DNA of 64,000 bases. It comes from Amoebophrya sp. A120 (taxonomy: Eukaryota; Protista; Dinoflagellata). Shown here piece by piece: positions 13,162 through 25,611 of this stretch. The number at the start of each line of letters is the position of its first letter. Position 1 is the first letter of the stretch. The notes under the pieces are model-generated. The model was given only the letters and a program-made list of their open reading frames with translations. It had not been told where the DNA came from and searched no databases. Position numbers and translations under genes: made by a program. The stretch covers positions 6,171,860-6,235,859 of the forward strand of contig CAJINV010000001.1 of the NCBI GenBank assembly GCA_905178155.1, read 5' to 3'.

Positions 13162-16100
13162 ATGCTCAACTATCGTATCAAGAAGAAAAAGAACGTGGCA
13201 GCGCCGCCGCCCGGGCCAGCAGGACAGCCACCGGCTCCTCCTTCAGCGGCGCACCCTCCGTCAGATATATTTCAAGTTGAATACCTTCAACCTGAGCCTG
13301 CTATATCTGGGCCTGCGCAACAGACGAGTTCGAGCTCCGCTGCATCAGTGGCATCAAGAAGTGCAGCCGGCGTGAAGCACCAGGATCGCCCAGCACCGCA
13401 GCCCACAGCTGCTGACGCGCCAACGCCGTCACGCGGTCGAAAAAATAACGATGCCTCGGCACTGCTTGTTCCAGCGGCGGAAGACAAGAAAAGTGCCAGA
13501 AACAACGACGAAGATTACTCTGTCTTGAGAGGTAAAGCTGCAGAAATTGCGATCAAAAATGCGGCAGCGACTGCATCAGCAGCTGTTCCACCGACTGACA
13601 CATCGGCACTTCCGTCGGCATTTGCCAAGATGGTAGCAACTGCCCATGATAAGGGTGGTGCTGTCAGCAGCGGTGCGCCGCAAGAGTCAATCTCCGCCTT
13701 CTCCGCGAGCGCGAAAGCAAAAGTCGCTAGTGCGTGCGAGGATCCACCAGACCAGGACGATCCGTACAACAACGTCGACTTCGACGACGACCGCGCTATC
13801 GAGGACGAGGAAGAACAGCAAGCTCTCGACGCGCTCGACGAGGCAGACGCACTCGCCCCTCCGCCGCCGGCCTTCGTGCAGGGAATCGGCGGAATGATGG
13901 TTGCGCCACGACCTCCGGGGCCAGCGGGAACAGGAGCTGGTAAAGGGCCGCTACCGCGGGATCAGCAAGACAGTGCGAACATGTTTGCCTGCATGTATCT
14001 CGTTTCCGGCAACGCAGCGACGGCCCTGCCCCGACGACCAAAGGTTTTCAGCCTGGAGCAAAAGGTGAAGGCTGGAGACTGGGTCAAAAACAGTTTTCTC
14101 GAAGCGTCGAAGAAGGGTCCCGGCGCGGCGAAGAGCTCTTACCTAGATGATGGAGAGCAGGCAGGGCCGCCGACGAAGAAGCGTCGAACTGCGGCGAAAA
14201 CGGGTGGAAGAGCGAAGGCGAGTACAGCAGCGGCAGTTTTAGGGGGCGCTGTAGGTCAGCAACAAGCTGCAAAGAGACAAGCGCGCCCAAAAGCAAAAAC
14301 GCGAGCGAAGGCGAAAGCAAAAAACAAGACTCTTCTGATGGACGTACTTTTGAGCGACGAGGACGATGACATGGGAATAAAGCAAGGCGCTCGTCGTGAT
14401 GCTGATCATGCAAGTGCAACAAAAGATGACGAGAAGCCGCCTGCTGAAAACTACAAGAGGCCCGAGTTCTACGAGACGGTTGACCCGAAAAGCATACATT
14501 TGCCAACAGATAGCACCGTGGACGACATCAAGAACCTGGTCGATGACCCCGAGGCGGGAGAAGAAACGCGGCCCGAACCGAAGGCGAAGATGCCGAAGAA
14601 CACAGTCAACCGAAATCTGATTCACGAGCTCAACCAGCGAGTGCTGCAGGCGAAGCGGATTGCGGCTAGGCGTGAAGAAACCCGAAAGGGACGGAAGAAA
14701 AACGACTTGGGGTTTTCTCTGAACGATGCGCAGTTTGGCAGCGGCCTTTTGAAGTCCTCGTCGGCCCAGCCTGCCTCATCTTCCAGTGTGACGACGAGTG
14801 CACCCTATGCGGTGCCTGCATCTAGTAGTTCTACTGTGAGGACCAATAGCACCACCAAAGAGTCGTTTGCAACTGTTGCAGGAGCCGCCGCCAAATCGAC
14901 GAAGACGCCGAAGAACGCTCGCGGCGAGAAGTCGAGGAAAAAAGATGGAGCTTCCGCTAGATCTTCTCGTAACAAGAAATCTGGAGGAAAGACGAGTCGG
15001 GTGAGCCCGGAGGAACGAGACATCTTAGGGTTATCGTCCTCGTCTGACGAATCAAGTGGCGAATACACTTCCGATAGTGCGGTGGAAGATGCGAAGCCGC
15101 AAGCCAAAGCAAAAGCAGCGGCAGATAGTCACCCCGGCGCCGGCAAGCGCGTCCGCCAGAGCAGCAGCAAGAAGAATAGCGGCTCGTCGAGTTGCACCAG
15201 CAGCAGTAGCGATTCCGATAACGAGGGGTCGACGTCCCTCGTTCCAACAGAAGTGGATAGCCGCCCGAGCAGCAGCAAGAAGCGCAGCTCATCGCGAAAG
15301 AAAAACAAGTCATCTGAGAGTAAAGCTAGCGCGATGGCGGGCACAGGGGCTCGACCAGGAAAGCATTTCTCTGACAAGAAAGCGCTGCTGTCGCCTATTG
15401 TCGAGTCTCCGGACGATAAGGACAACAAAGCTCCTACTGCTGTCTCCAGTCGGCCTGGTCCCGTAGTTCCGCCAAAGATTGGAGGTCAGCCGGTGACACT
15501 TCGCACCGACGTGTTGGACAATGACAATGCGGCGCCTGCTGTGGCTCCGCCGACTGCGACCTGGCAGCGTTTTACTAGTGGATCCGCGGCTAGCAGAGAA
15601 GCAGAACTCGCCGAGGCCGGGTCCAGCACGCTGCTGTTTTCTTCGGTCACTTCTAGTTCCGCGGCGCCTTTTGGCGCTGGCGCGCACGAGCCTTCCGCGG
15701 CTGGATTCTCGAGAACCGAAGACACTTCTTTGCAAGAAGACCTGAAAATACAGCAGAAAATTATTGAAGCAGCGAAGAACACAAACCTTGATCATGAACA
15801 AAATCTCGCAGGAGCTACGTCTGCGAACTTCAACTTCGCAACCAAACTCAAGCCTGCCGCGCCACGCGCCAAGAAGCCAGCCGCGAGAAAGAAGACCACA
15901 GTGCCCGTCGTTTCCGCGGCGCTCAACGCCCACCTCGACCGCCTGGCGTCGCAGTCGCAGAAACCGGTGAAGAAGCAGGGAGCCAAAAACGCTGTGAACG
16001 GGTTCACCAACTACATTCCGCAATCGAAGGGCTACGAACGGCGCATGCGGGCCGCGCCGAACCGCAGCGTCGCGATGAACAAACGGCTGATGAAGGGGAG

Positions 16101-18978
16101 ACGGGGCGGCAAGGGCATGAATTTTTCCGCGAACAACAACGTGGGGCAGATGGACGGCCGCGCGTTGCAAAGCCACTACTTGTCCAAACGCGCCCAGCTG
16201 GCGAAGGAGAACTTCGCGCAGAATTTCTTCGTGGACAACCCGGGTTGGGAAGTTCCCTTGTGGAGCCGGGGCTTTGGAAAGGAGCGAACCGTCGTGAATA
16301 GTCCTGAGGAAGCTTTGGAAAAGTTGAACTTCAAATCCTTCCGTCGGGGGCAACGCGAGGCGATCAAATCAGTGGTGGACGACCGTCTCCGCACTTTGCT
16401 CCTACTTCCGACGGGAATGGGAAAGTCGCTCGTGTACCAAATCTGTGCGTTGTTGCTCCGCAGTGAGGGCCTGACCTTGGTCGTCACACCGTTGGTCGCA
16501 CTGATGGCGGATCAGCTGCGGAATTTACCGGTTTCCATTCGGGGCGCAGCAATCAACTCGCACCAGACGCCGGAACAAAGTCGGCGCATCATGAACGCAG
16601 TGCGGAACAACGAGGTGGACTTGCTTTTTGTCACACCAGAAAGACTCGCGATGTGGGCGCTATCTAGCCGAGATTTTCCCATCGCGTTAGTGTGCGTGGA
16701 CGAGGCCCACTGCGTGTCCGTTTGGTCCCACAACTTCCGCCCGACCTACATGCGGCTGAACTACTTTTTCGGGCAGCTAAACATCCCGCGAGTGCTTGCT
16801 TTAACCGCAACGGCAACCGCGCGCGCTATCGACGGCATCCAGGGTTTGCTAAACATTGACATCGTTCTGCGTCAGAACCTCGATTGCGACATTGTGCGGG
16901 AAAAGGTGGGCGGAGGGAAGGATGTAGAGAAAAAGGTGGAAGTGCTGGCTCGGGAAGGAGAGACGGAGCAAAAAACAGAAGTCAGCGTGATGAGCATCAT
17001 GAAGGACCAGAACAAGAAAGTAGACAAAGAAAACGAGAGTGGTGGTAGCGCTGAACAAACAGGACCACAAGCTGCGATAAAACCGGAGAGTGAAGAAGGC
17101 ACCATCAACACCAAGACCCCGGCTACTGACGGAAAATCCACGGTGCTCTCCCAGTCCATCCTCCGGCGCAACCTCACCTGCACGGTGTCGCAGGTGAACG
17201 AAAAGGAAAAGGGCCACGACCTGGTGAAGATGCTGCAGCAAGACGACCGGTTCCGCCGCGGCAGCGTTCTAGTGTACGTGTGGCGCCGGAAGACGGTTAC
17301 TGCCCTCGCGAAGCTTCTCGGGGGCAGAGGCGTGCAAGCGGTCGGATATCATTCCGCCCTTTCTGCCGAAGATCGCGACCGATTCCAGAAAGAATTTACG
17401 GTGAACCGGATCCGCGTGATGGTCACCACAATCGCATTCGGGATGGGAATCGACAAACCGGACATCCAGGGCGTGATCCACTACGACATGCCAAAGTCGC
17501 TCGAGAACTTCGTGCAGGAGAGCGGTCGGTGTGCTCGGGACTTGACCCGTCGAGGTCACTGCCACATCTACGTGAACGAGGAGGATTTCGCGTTTCAGCG
17601 GAAATACATCCACGGGAGCATCGGCGCGCACGGATCGGCGGTGGATAAGCTTCTGGAGCTGATCTTCAACAAGAAGAGGCGACACGCCATGCTGAAGACG
17701 GAGGATAGTGACAACGACGTCGAGAGCAACGCGTGCAGCAGCGTGGTGCTGAATGAAAAGGAAACAGCGAGAATCCTGGGTTGCGAGACCGACGAAGTCC
17801 ATTCCTTGCTTGCGAATATGGAGCGGCTCTCAGGCGACGCATTCCGGCTGTACTCTTCTTTTCCGGCGAAAGTGAAATTACGGTTTTTCGGCAAAACCGA
17901 GGACGAGAAGAGCCCGGAGCAGTTGATGGAGCGAGATTTGTTTCTCGCGCAGCTTTTGCCTCTGTGTCGTGTGAACGCAGGAGTGTACTCCTTCGACACG
18001 TTGAAAGCGATCAAGCAACTGCAGCCGGAGAAGGGCTCGAAGAGCTCCTTTAGTGTAGCGTCGACACCGGGGGAGTTCTTGACGAATTTGCACGTGTGCG
18101 CCGGTTTGCATAGGATCGCGGTGGACCGGGATAACTACGGCTATTTGATCGAAGTGCTTCGCGAGCCATCGCAGCAGGACTTGAAGACCTGGTGCTGCAG
18201 TCTGAAAGCGCATGTGCGGCAAGTCGAAACTGTTGCTGCTGAGCAGATCGACTCCTGTTACTGCGCGTTTTACCGCGTCGCGCAGATGATGTCCGGAAGC
18301 GGGAGCGGAAATGCGAAGACCGAGGCGAACACGGCATTGGCGGCCGCAGCGAATAACTGCACGGCGTTACTCGCCAGCGACCCGGCGCTTCTACTAGCAG
18401 CTGAGGGGGAGTCAAAAGCAAAGGATGCTCCGGACGAAGATGACGACGACAATGACAACGACACCGCTGGTGCGGCACAAGAACAGCTGCGGATCCGCAA
18501 AAGCACGGCGTTTATGTCAACGTTAATCGACATGTACTTCTACAGCCCGGAGGGTCAAGACGTCGTGGCGAAGATCTGCGGCGGGAAGGAGAAAAAGCTG
18601 CAGATTTTGTCCGACGCCCTCGGTGTGGCACCCGGGTTGATGGAAAAACTTGCAGACGTCGATCAGCAAACCGAAGACGACTTGTGGAAGACGCACCCGT
18701 CGTACGCGAAGCTGAGAAAGGACGTCGCGATGCACTGCCGCACGCCGACCATCCGCGCGGCCATGAAGAAGGCGAAAGAGCCGTCGCTGCTGATCACCAA
18801 CGTGCTTCTGGGGCGTTTCTGCACGATGCTGGGGCCGGACTTGGAGGCGCGGTGGCGCTGGATGAAGAATCCCCTGTGGAACACGCAGGCAGACTATCCG
18901 TTCGGCTTGGTGTATCTTTGTGTGAAAGAAGTCAACGACGAACTCATCGCGGAGGATCTGGCGAAAATTTTGAAATGA
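13162..18978 (+). CDS. RECQL4: RecQ-family ATP-dependent DNA helicase, RECQL4-like, with a long low-complexity N-terminus
   Basis: SFRRGQ, LLLPTGMGKSLVYQ, VDEAHCVSVWSHNFRPTY (RECQL4-type), ALTATAT, TIAFGMGIDKPDI, QESGR; 1938-aa intronless ORF. Confidence 0.85.
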   Translation: MLNYRIKKKKNVAAPPPGPAGQPPAPPSAAHPPSDIFQVEYLQPEPAISGPAQQTSSSSAASVASRSAAGVKHQDRPAPQPTAADAPTPSRGRKNNDASALLVPAAEDKKSARNNDEDYSVLRGKAAEIAIKNAAATASAAVPPTDTSALPSAFAKMVATAHDKGGAVSSGAPQESISAFSASAKAKVASACEDPPDQDDPYNNVDFDDDRAIEDEEEQQALDALDEADALAPPPPAFVQGIGGMMVAPRPPGPAGTGAGKGPLPRDQQDSANMFACMYLVSGNAATALPRRPKVFSLEQKVKAGDWVKNSFLEASKKGPGAAKSSYLDDGEQAGPPTKKRRTAAKTGGRAKASTAAAVLGGAVGQQQAAKRQARPKAKTRAKAKAKNKTLLMDVLLSDEDDDMGIKQGARRDADHASATKDDEKPPAENYKRPEFYETVDPKSIHLPTDSTVDDIKNLVDDPEAGEETRPEPKAKMPKNTVNRNLIHELNQRVLQAKRIAARREETRKGRKKNDLGFSLNDAQFGSGLLKSSSAQPASSSSVTTSAPYAVPASSSSTVRTNSTTKESFATVAGAAAKSTKTPKNARGEKSRKKDGASARSSRNKKSGGKTSRVSPEERDILGLSSSSDESSGEYTSDSAVEDAKPQAKAKAAADSHPGAGKRVRQSSSKKNSGSSSCTSSSSDSDNEGSTSLVPTEVDSRPSSSKKRSSSRKKNKSSESKASAMAGTGARPGKHFSDKKALLSPIVESPDDKDNKAPTAVSSRPGPVVPPKIGGQPVTLRTDVLDNDNAAPAVAPPTATWQRFTSGSAASREAELAEAGSSTLLFSSVTSSSAAPFGAGAHEPSAAGFSRTEDTSLQEDLKIQQKIIEAAKNTNLDHEQNLAGATSANFNFATKLKPAAPRAKKPAARKKTTVPVVSAALNAHLDRLASQSQKPVKKQGAKNAVNGFTNYIPQSKGYERRMRAAPNRSVAMNKRLMKGRRGGKGMNFSANNNVGQMDGRALQSHYLSKRAQLAKENFAQNFFVDNPGWEVPLWSRGFGKERTVVNSPEEALEKLNFKSFRRGQREAIKSVVDDRLRTLLLLPTGMGKSLVYQICALLLRSEGLTLVVTPLVALMADQLRNLPVSIRGAAINSHQTPEQSRRIMNAVRNNEVDLLFVTPERLAMWALSSRDFPIALVCVDEAHCVSVWSHNFRPTYMRLNYFFGQLNIPRVLALTATATARAIDGIQGLLNIDIVLRQNLDCDIVREKVGGGKDVEKKVEVLAREGETEQKTEVSVMSIMKDQNKKVDKENESGGSAEQTGPQAAIKPESEEGTINTKTPATDGKSTVLSQSILRRNLTCTVSQVNEKEKGHDLVKMLQQDDRFRRGSVLVYVWRRKTVTALAKLLGGRGVQAVGYHSALSAEDRDRFQKEFTVNRIRVMVTTIAFGMGIDKPDIQGVIHYDMPKSLENFVQESGRCARDLTRRGHCHIYVNEEDFAFQRKYIHGSIGAHGSAVDKLLELIFNKKRRHAMLKTEDSDNDVESNACSSVVLNEKETARILGCETDEVHSLLANMERLSGDAFRLYSSFPAKVKLRFFGKTEDEKSPEQLMERDLFLAQLLPLCRVNAGVYSFDTLKAIKQLQPEKGSKSSFSVASTPGEFLTNLHVCAGLHRIAVDRDNYGYLIEVLREPSQQDLKTWCCSLKAHVRQVETVAAEQIDSCYCAFYRVAQMMSGSGSGNAKTEANTALAAAANNCTALLASDPALLLAAEGESKAKDAPDEDDDDNDNDTAGAAQEQLRIRKSTAFMSTLIDMYFYSPEGQDVVAKICGGKEKKLQILSDALGVAPGLMEKLADVDQQTEDDLWKTHPSYAKLRKDVAMHCRTPTIRAAMKKAKEPSLLITNVLLGRFCTMLGPDLEARWRWMKNPLWNTQADYPFGLVYLCVKEVNDELIAEDLAKILK

Positions 18979-19616
18979 TGTGGAAGTAAGACGATACTGT
19001 GAATGTGAAAGAATTGAGATGCATTGCAATAAAGCGTAAACGTCGAAAATCGGCACAGCCAGGTGAAAAATGACAAACGGCGGACGTTGGGGTCGGGAAC
19101 TGCAGCTGCTGAATTTGCGACTGTTCCACTTTTATTTGAATGCGTGAGAAGATATCTCAAGAAAATTTTTAATATTTCAAGCATTGATTGCGAACAAGCA
19201 GGAGCGGTCGTAAAAGGCGGTTTTGCTTTTTTCCTTTGTCTTTCGTCTGTCGCAGCTAAAAGGTCAAAAACAAGCAGAGGTATTGGAGGAGTGAACAAAA
19301 AGGAGCGTCACGAAAGCGAAAGACCAAAGTGGTCGCGAAAAAGTGGACAAATGCAAAGTTGCTTTTGTTCCAGCATGTTAGTTTCGACATGTTCTGAGAA
19401 TGCAGCAGCTTCCACTTCATCTGCATTCTGCAATCTTTGCTAGCGTACTATGTATCACCACATCTCTGCTAGTAGAACTACAAGTTCTTGTTTTGCTTTT
19501 GTAGTCTGCGCGGCTCTGCACTTTGTACAGTAGAAATTAATAAAACCGACGCAATTTTTTCATCATGTTTTTCTTTCGAGGCCCCCATTAATCAATCTCC
19601 TCACGACCACATCAAT

Positions 19617-22600
19617 ATGCGTGCGAGCCCGTCCGATAGTTCGGCGTCGGAGCGCGATCCTCCAGCGACATCGCAAAAGAGTATCACGCTAATTGACCAA
19701 GGGCTGGCCTCGCTTCGGGATGTGCGCTGCCCAGGTACGTCGTCAAGCTCTTCCTGCACGAGCTTGAACTTACACTGTAACCGCATCCGCGCTTTGGATT
19801 TGCGCGATGTCCACGAAGTCTTTCCTAACGTGAAGGAACTGATTTTATCCAGCAACGAGATCGACGTCGGGGTATCAGTATCTGCGCCTCGTTCCTCAGC
19901 CTCCTCGTCGAGCCGTGTAGCTCCGAGTGCTAGCGACAGTGGGGCCGCTCCTGCGTCGAATGTTGGAACACCAAGTGATACTGATTTTGAGGATGGTTCG
20001 ACGCCCAGTTCATCTTCGAGCAGTTGTTCCTGTAGAATAGAGACACTCGACCTTGGTTGCAACCGCATCGGTCCGACGCTGACGAATCTGCACTTGATGA
20101 AAAGCAGTTTGCTTCACCTCATAGTTCCCTACAACCAACTCCGCTCGTTGGACGGTTTGAAGCCGCTTTGGGGCGGACCGCTGCAGTCAGTGGACGTCCG
20201 GTGCAACCTCCTGGACCGCCTCGACCAGCTGTTTTTCCTGTCCGGCTTGCGGAACTTGACAAGAGCCGCGCTCGAGCCAAACCCGATGTGTAACAACGCG
20301 CTGACGCAGACCTCGGGCGACCTGAACACGGGCCGGAGTCGACACATGCCAATGCACCGGCTCGGGATACTGCAATTGGTCCCGAGCATCGAGGCGATCG
20401 ACAACGTCGCCGTCGGAGACGATGAGCGCGTGATCGCCAATGGCAGCCCGTTTGTACTAATCGGCGAGCCGATGGAACTTGCGCTGGCACAGCAACACCA
20501 CCCGCAGTCATCAAGCTCAAGAGCAGGTCCGAAAGTAGTGCGCACTCCCACCTCTTCATCGAGCCGGCGAATGAGCGCGGTAGAAGAAGAACAGGTAGAT
20601 CATGGGAGTATTGTTGCCGTAGCGTTGCCAAACTCCGCCACACCCACTCCATCGAGCCGTGCAAAAAGAAGTGCGAAGTCAAATCCTTGGGCGGCAAAAA
20701 ATGGACCCACAGAGGCGGGGCGGCAGAAACTTGTACCCGGCGATAGCCCCGAAGATGTTGCTGCACCTGATGACGCGATGGAGGTGGAAGGCGAGGGTGA
20801 CGACCTGATGGAGCAAGGTCAAGGTTTTCCTCAGCAAGACGAGGTGCAGACGCAAGCGAAAGAAAGCGCTATGGAGAAGAAGCTCCGCCTGGATCTGATC
20901 AAGATCGACGCCGAGTTTCAGAGACGGGAGAAGAAGCGATTCGAACTGGAGGGCCGACTGCGCGAAAACACGAAAGTTGTAGAGCATCTGCTAAAGGAGA
21001 ACTTGGATTTGCGTGGGAAGTGCGACGCCCTGAACAAGACTCTGCATGCGAAGGAGGAGGAGGAGGAGAAGAAAAAACTGGAAAGGGACTCACAGGAAGA
21101 AAAAGCCACTGAGACACAGCTGACGGTCGCGGAAGCAACAGCAAAGTTTCAAAAGGAAGTTGCAGAGCTACGCGAGGCGAAAGATCTCGCGGAGAAGGCG
21201 CAACTGCGACAGCGCGAGGACCAAGAGCAGGCGTTTCTTGCGTGGCGGAATGAGAAGCAGACTCTGGAACAGAAGCTACAGAAGGAACGAGGGGAATACG
21301 ACGAATTGAAAGCGCAGTCGGAAAGGACGCTCCGTGACCTCCAAACTTCTGTTGCGGACATCAGCGCTCGCATGCACGAACAGGACCGGTTTTTCCAGGA
21401 AAGCCTGGCGACGGAGCGCGACAAATTTGCCGCCGACAGAAAACGCTTGGAGAGTGAGCGCGCCACGCTGCGCGATGAGGTCGCGCGACTCGCGACCGCC
21501 CGCGAGACTGCGCAGGCCGATTTCGACACTGCGCTGACGCGGGACCGCGATGCGGCGAGGATCGACTTCGAACACAAGCTCAGCAGCCAAAGGGTTGAGC
21601 TCGATTCGGCCTGGTCGGCGAAACTCCGCGAACTGGAATCGACACTGAGGCGGGACCAAGACGACGCCAAACGGGAATCGGAGCTGAAACTCCAGCGGCA
21701 GAACGACGAGCTGACGGCTTTTTATGCGGAAAAACTGAGTCGTGAACTGGAAGAGGCGCGCACGGAAGACCGTCGGCGACTGTCACGCAACGAACGCGAG
21801 TGGAGTGACGAGTACCAGCGGAAAATCCAGCAAATGGAACAGAGACACAAGGACGCTGTGAATGACGAGCGTGCGAAGGTCGAGCGCGATTGGAAGCAGA
21901 TGCTGCGGGAGTGCCTCGCCCAGGCAAAAACCGCCTTGGAGGAAAAGGAACGGCTTTGGGTGACGGAGAAGAGCGAGCTCGAAGGTGCGCACCACAAGCA
22001 ACTTGCCGAGTTGAAGCTCACCGTCGAGAAACTCACCGTGGAGAAAGCGCAAGCACAACTTCTCTTAGAAGACGAACAGCGCAGCAGCGCTCGCCTGTTG
22101 GCGGAAGCCGTCGCACGATGTGAGGAGCAGAAGGAAAACCTACGGAAGGAACACGAAATCGCGGACAAGACAAGCCGAAAAGTGCAAGACCAGCTGATAT
22201 CCGACTACGAGCAGAAACTGTCCGAATTGCAAACAAAACTGCGGTCGGGAAAGGAAGAGCAGACGTCCGCACTGCTGGCGCTCGAAGCGCAGCACGAGAA
22301 GAAACTCTTGGCGCGGCTGCATGCTCAGCGGGCGGACTTCGAGAATGTTGAATTGAAGCTGAAGCAAGTGCAAGTAGAGGACCTCACGAAACAGGTATGG
22401 TTTACTGTAGATGGATCATGTCTTTTCTATCTTGTTGATGGCCATGGCGGTGAGGACGGCATTGAAGATGTCTACGTCTTGGGTTTCGGCACTTGATGAA
22501 AACTTGAAGCAATAAATTCCACCTAAGTACACTATCAGCTTGCTGACGCCGTCGCGCAGGCCTCGCGCTTCAAGGAGGAGCAGATGGAATCGCGGAAAAA

Positions 22601-23303
22601 GCGAGACCGCGACTGGCAGACGCGCGTTGATGAGGAGGTGGCGTTGCAAAAAGCGCTGCAGGCCGAAGTCGAGTCCTGGAAAGCAGAAAAGCAGGAACAG
22701 ATCGAGCGACTGGAGCTCGACAAAACGCAGCTAGAGGAACAGCTACTGGAAAGCCGCACGGAAAACTTCCAAGCCGCTGAATCCGCACAGAAAGACCTGC
22801 AGGACCTCAGAGCGGCTTTAGAAAGCGAGTACGAGGCGACAAAGGTATTTATTTTGCACGAAGAACAAAATAGAAGTTGTGACTTCGGATGCTTATGGTT
22901 TTCCACATGCGCCGCGTGCAATGAATTCAAGGTAGATCTAGATTGCATTTTTTGTTTTTGAATAGTTCTAGTTGATCTTTGAACAAGAACAAGCATAGCC
23001 TGCCTTTCTTGTCCAGCGGTTCTGACACCATGAACAAACTGAAATAAGAACGGCACCATTGCAATTCAGGTGCAGCACGAGCTTGACTGGAAGAAGCGGC
23101 TACAGCTCGCGGAAGGCCGTGCACAACAGGAAACCTCAGCACTGCGGCAACAAAACTTGGCTTTACAAGAAGCGGTGGGGAAGCAACATGCCGAAGTCAG
23201 GAGTCGCGACAAGGAAGTAGCGGTGCTTTTGCAGGAGCTTCAGAAGCAGAAGAGCACCGTGAAAGATCGCGTCAAGGCGCTGTTGCAAAATCTGGACGAA
23301 TGA
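19617..23303 (+). CDS. Leucine-rich repeat and coiled-coil protein, LRRCC1-like (exons 19617-22394, 22539-22844, 23070-23303)
   Basis: SDS22-type LRRs (SLNLHCNRI, LILSSNEI, LDLGCNRI, LEPNPMC cap) followed by a long E/K/R/Q coiled coil; two phase-0 GT-AG introns. Confidence 0.8.
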
Positions 23304-23657
23304 TTCTACTTACTGACTTCCGTCAGACGACGAGATCATGGTTCTTGATGTTGATTCCACATTCAAATAAATTCGCTCAGGCTTACATGGTGATGTTGGG
23401 GTCCATTGTTCAATCACAGAAAGCAAGAGCTGCAACTGCAGCATCAACACATGACGCCGCCTCTCTACAGTCGAACGGTGGTAGGATGAGCGACTGGTGT
23501 TCGTTCAAGTCCTCGGTGGGTCCTTGACAATTTTTTTTGCCGTCGCTTTCAGGCGTTTTAGATGTCTCGATCTCGATGACCAGTTCACTTTTGCTCAGAG
23601 TCTGTGGTCAGAGCAGGCACGAAGCAGTTATCTAGTCGCTTTGCTGCAGGAGTCAAC

Positions 23658-25611
23658 ATGGCCGCCTTGTCGGTGGAGGAGGACGGTGAACGTGCACAGC
23701 CGAAGCTGGGGCGCATGGGTTGCCTTCTGCCACTCTCCGTGTTTCTGAATGTCGTGCAGTTCTACATGATGTTGCAGCTGTCGGCAAGATTCCGACTTTC
23801 ATCGCCTGGTGTGCAACAAGGCCAAGGCGAGAACGGCATCAGTCGTCCGGCTTTGCTAGCACAACCACCGTCAAGCAGCATACTTCCGATCATCCGTTAC
23901 ATGCAAGGACAAAATAACGCGGACACTTCGGAGAAAACGCCCCACAGCCGCGAGGTCAGGCAGGCGTCAACCACTCCAGCTGCTACTGCAGATGAAAAGC
24001 CCTCCCACGACGCCGACAGTCATAATGAGGTGGACCAGTCGCTTAATGATCGTCGAAAAGTATTTCGATTTCCCCTCCAGCCCATGGTGGTCCTTGGAGA
24101 AAAAACTGCAACCAGTGCGTCTGGCGAACCGGCTAAACCCGTCGTGGGTAAAATCATGAAGCTCGAAAGCTTTTTTGGGTTTCGTGACGAACACATATCC
24201 GAGAAAAGAACACCATCAATTCCATGACTTTTCTTGCTGTCCCTGTAAATGGCATGTCTGCGTCGACATCATGAGAAAAAGAATTCGGAATGTCAATGCT
24301 CATAGGCTTCCTGCAGCTGCAAATCATCCAACACAAAAAATAACCGCCATGCTGGGCAAGGGCAGTCGCAGTTGCGCATTTTGCAACATTAAGAGAAGCA
24401 AGAAGTGTAGTACGCTTGTATGGGGCGTGATCCCGGTGTTTTTTCCGGCATAGTACGAGCAGGTGCGGCAGAACAACGGGGCGAGTAGCCATGCTTTCTC
24501 GGCTCTGCTGTCGCAGAACCGACAGCCAAAACCTCAAGTTGACGAGTGCGCAGCTCCGGGCAGGTCGTGCAAGCTGCCCATTCTGGTCTCCGATTGGGAA
24601 TCGTTTTACACTGCCGGGCGTTTGATGAGTGGTTACGAAAGTTTGGTTCCCCTTGGCGACGGCCAAACGCCCGTTGGGCGCAAGCAAAAGTTCCAGGCCA
24701 TTCCCTGGATCGCAACCTACTTCGAGAAAGAAGCGTTTAAATTTGAAGCCATGTGGAATCACTTTGCGGAGACGGGGTGTTTTGAGGACACGACAACTCC
24801 TGGTACAACTCCTGCGGCGCCAGCCGACGGCCAACAAGAACCTCCTGTGTCGCCGTCGGAAAAGACGGCTGTGTTGACCAAGATGTACGGGCATTGGTAC
24901 GGCTTGGACAAAATTTTCCTGTACTGCTTCCTCAAGACCGTTCACCAGCCGGGTTTGTTTCTGGAGGTCGGATCCGGCCACAGCACCGAGGTTGCCAGGC
25001 TTGCGCTGCGGGAGGCCGCGGAGAAATCCGGAAAGAAAACGCAACACATCGCGATAGAACCCTACCGCACGGACCAGGTGCCAGCCTCGGTCGACGTGAT
25101 CGTGTCGGAAGTGCAAGATTTGGATCCGAACATGATAGTCGCGAACTTGCACGCGGGCGACGTGTTTTTCATCGATTCGTCCCACATAACCAAGGCCTAC
25201 GGGGACACCTTGTACGAGCTGCTGACAATTCTGCCGCAGCTCCGTCCGGGAGTTATCGTGCATGTGCACGACGTTTTCCTGCCGGATGACTACCCGGTCG
25301 AGCACGCCGCGAATGTGCGATGGACGGAGCAGTGGTTGCTGGCGTTGTTGCTCTACGGGAACGTTAACGGTGCTGGGAAGGACAATAATGGCGGTAAAAC
25401 AAACCTTGACCACGAGGAGGCGCGCGAAGATCTGTCCGCGAGGTGGGAGATCTTGTGGGGGTCGCACTACGCCTGGACCCGGTTCGGGAGGTCCGTCCCC
25501 AGCTTCTCCGGTGATCCATGGCTGTCAAAAGTCAAAAACAATCCGCAACAAGCTATGCCGGCAGGCTGGTTCAAAATGCAGGCGAGCTTGTGGCTGCGCA
25601 AGTTGGTGTAG
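23658..25611 (+). CDS. Type II membrane-anchored class I SAM-dependent methyltransferase (Methyltransf_24-like); one intron at ~24191-24457
   Basis: FLEVGSGHST, FFIDSSH, LRPGVIVHVHDVFLPDDYP, WTEQWLL; N-terminal hydrophobic anchor. Exact intron boundaries unresolved (see IE1). Confidence 0.75.
24196..24452. mobile_element. IE1: decayed TAT...ATA introner-like element forming the methyltransferase intron
   Basis: Left end TATCCGAGAAAAGAACACC; reverse complement of right end TATGCCGGAAAAAACACC. Flanks ACACA/GTACG differ only by transitions. Removing element + 5 nt restores the frame. Confidence 0.5.
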
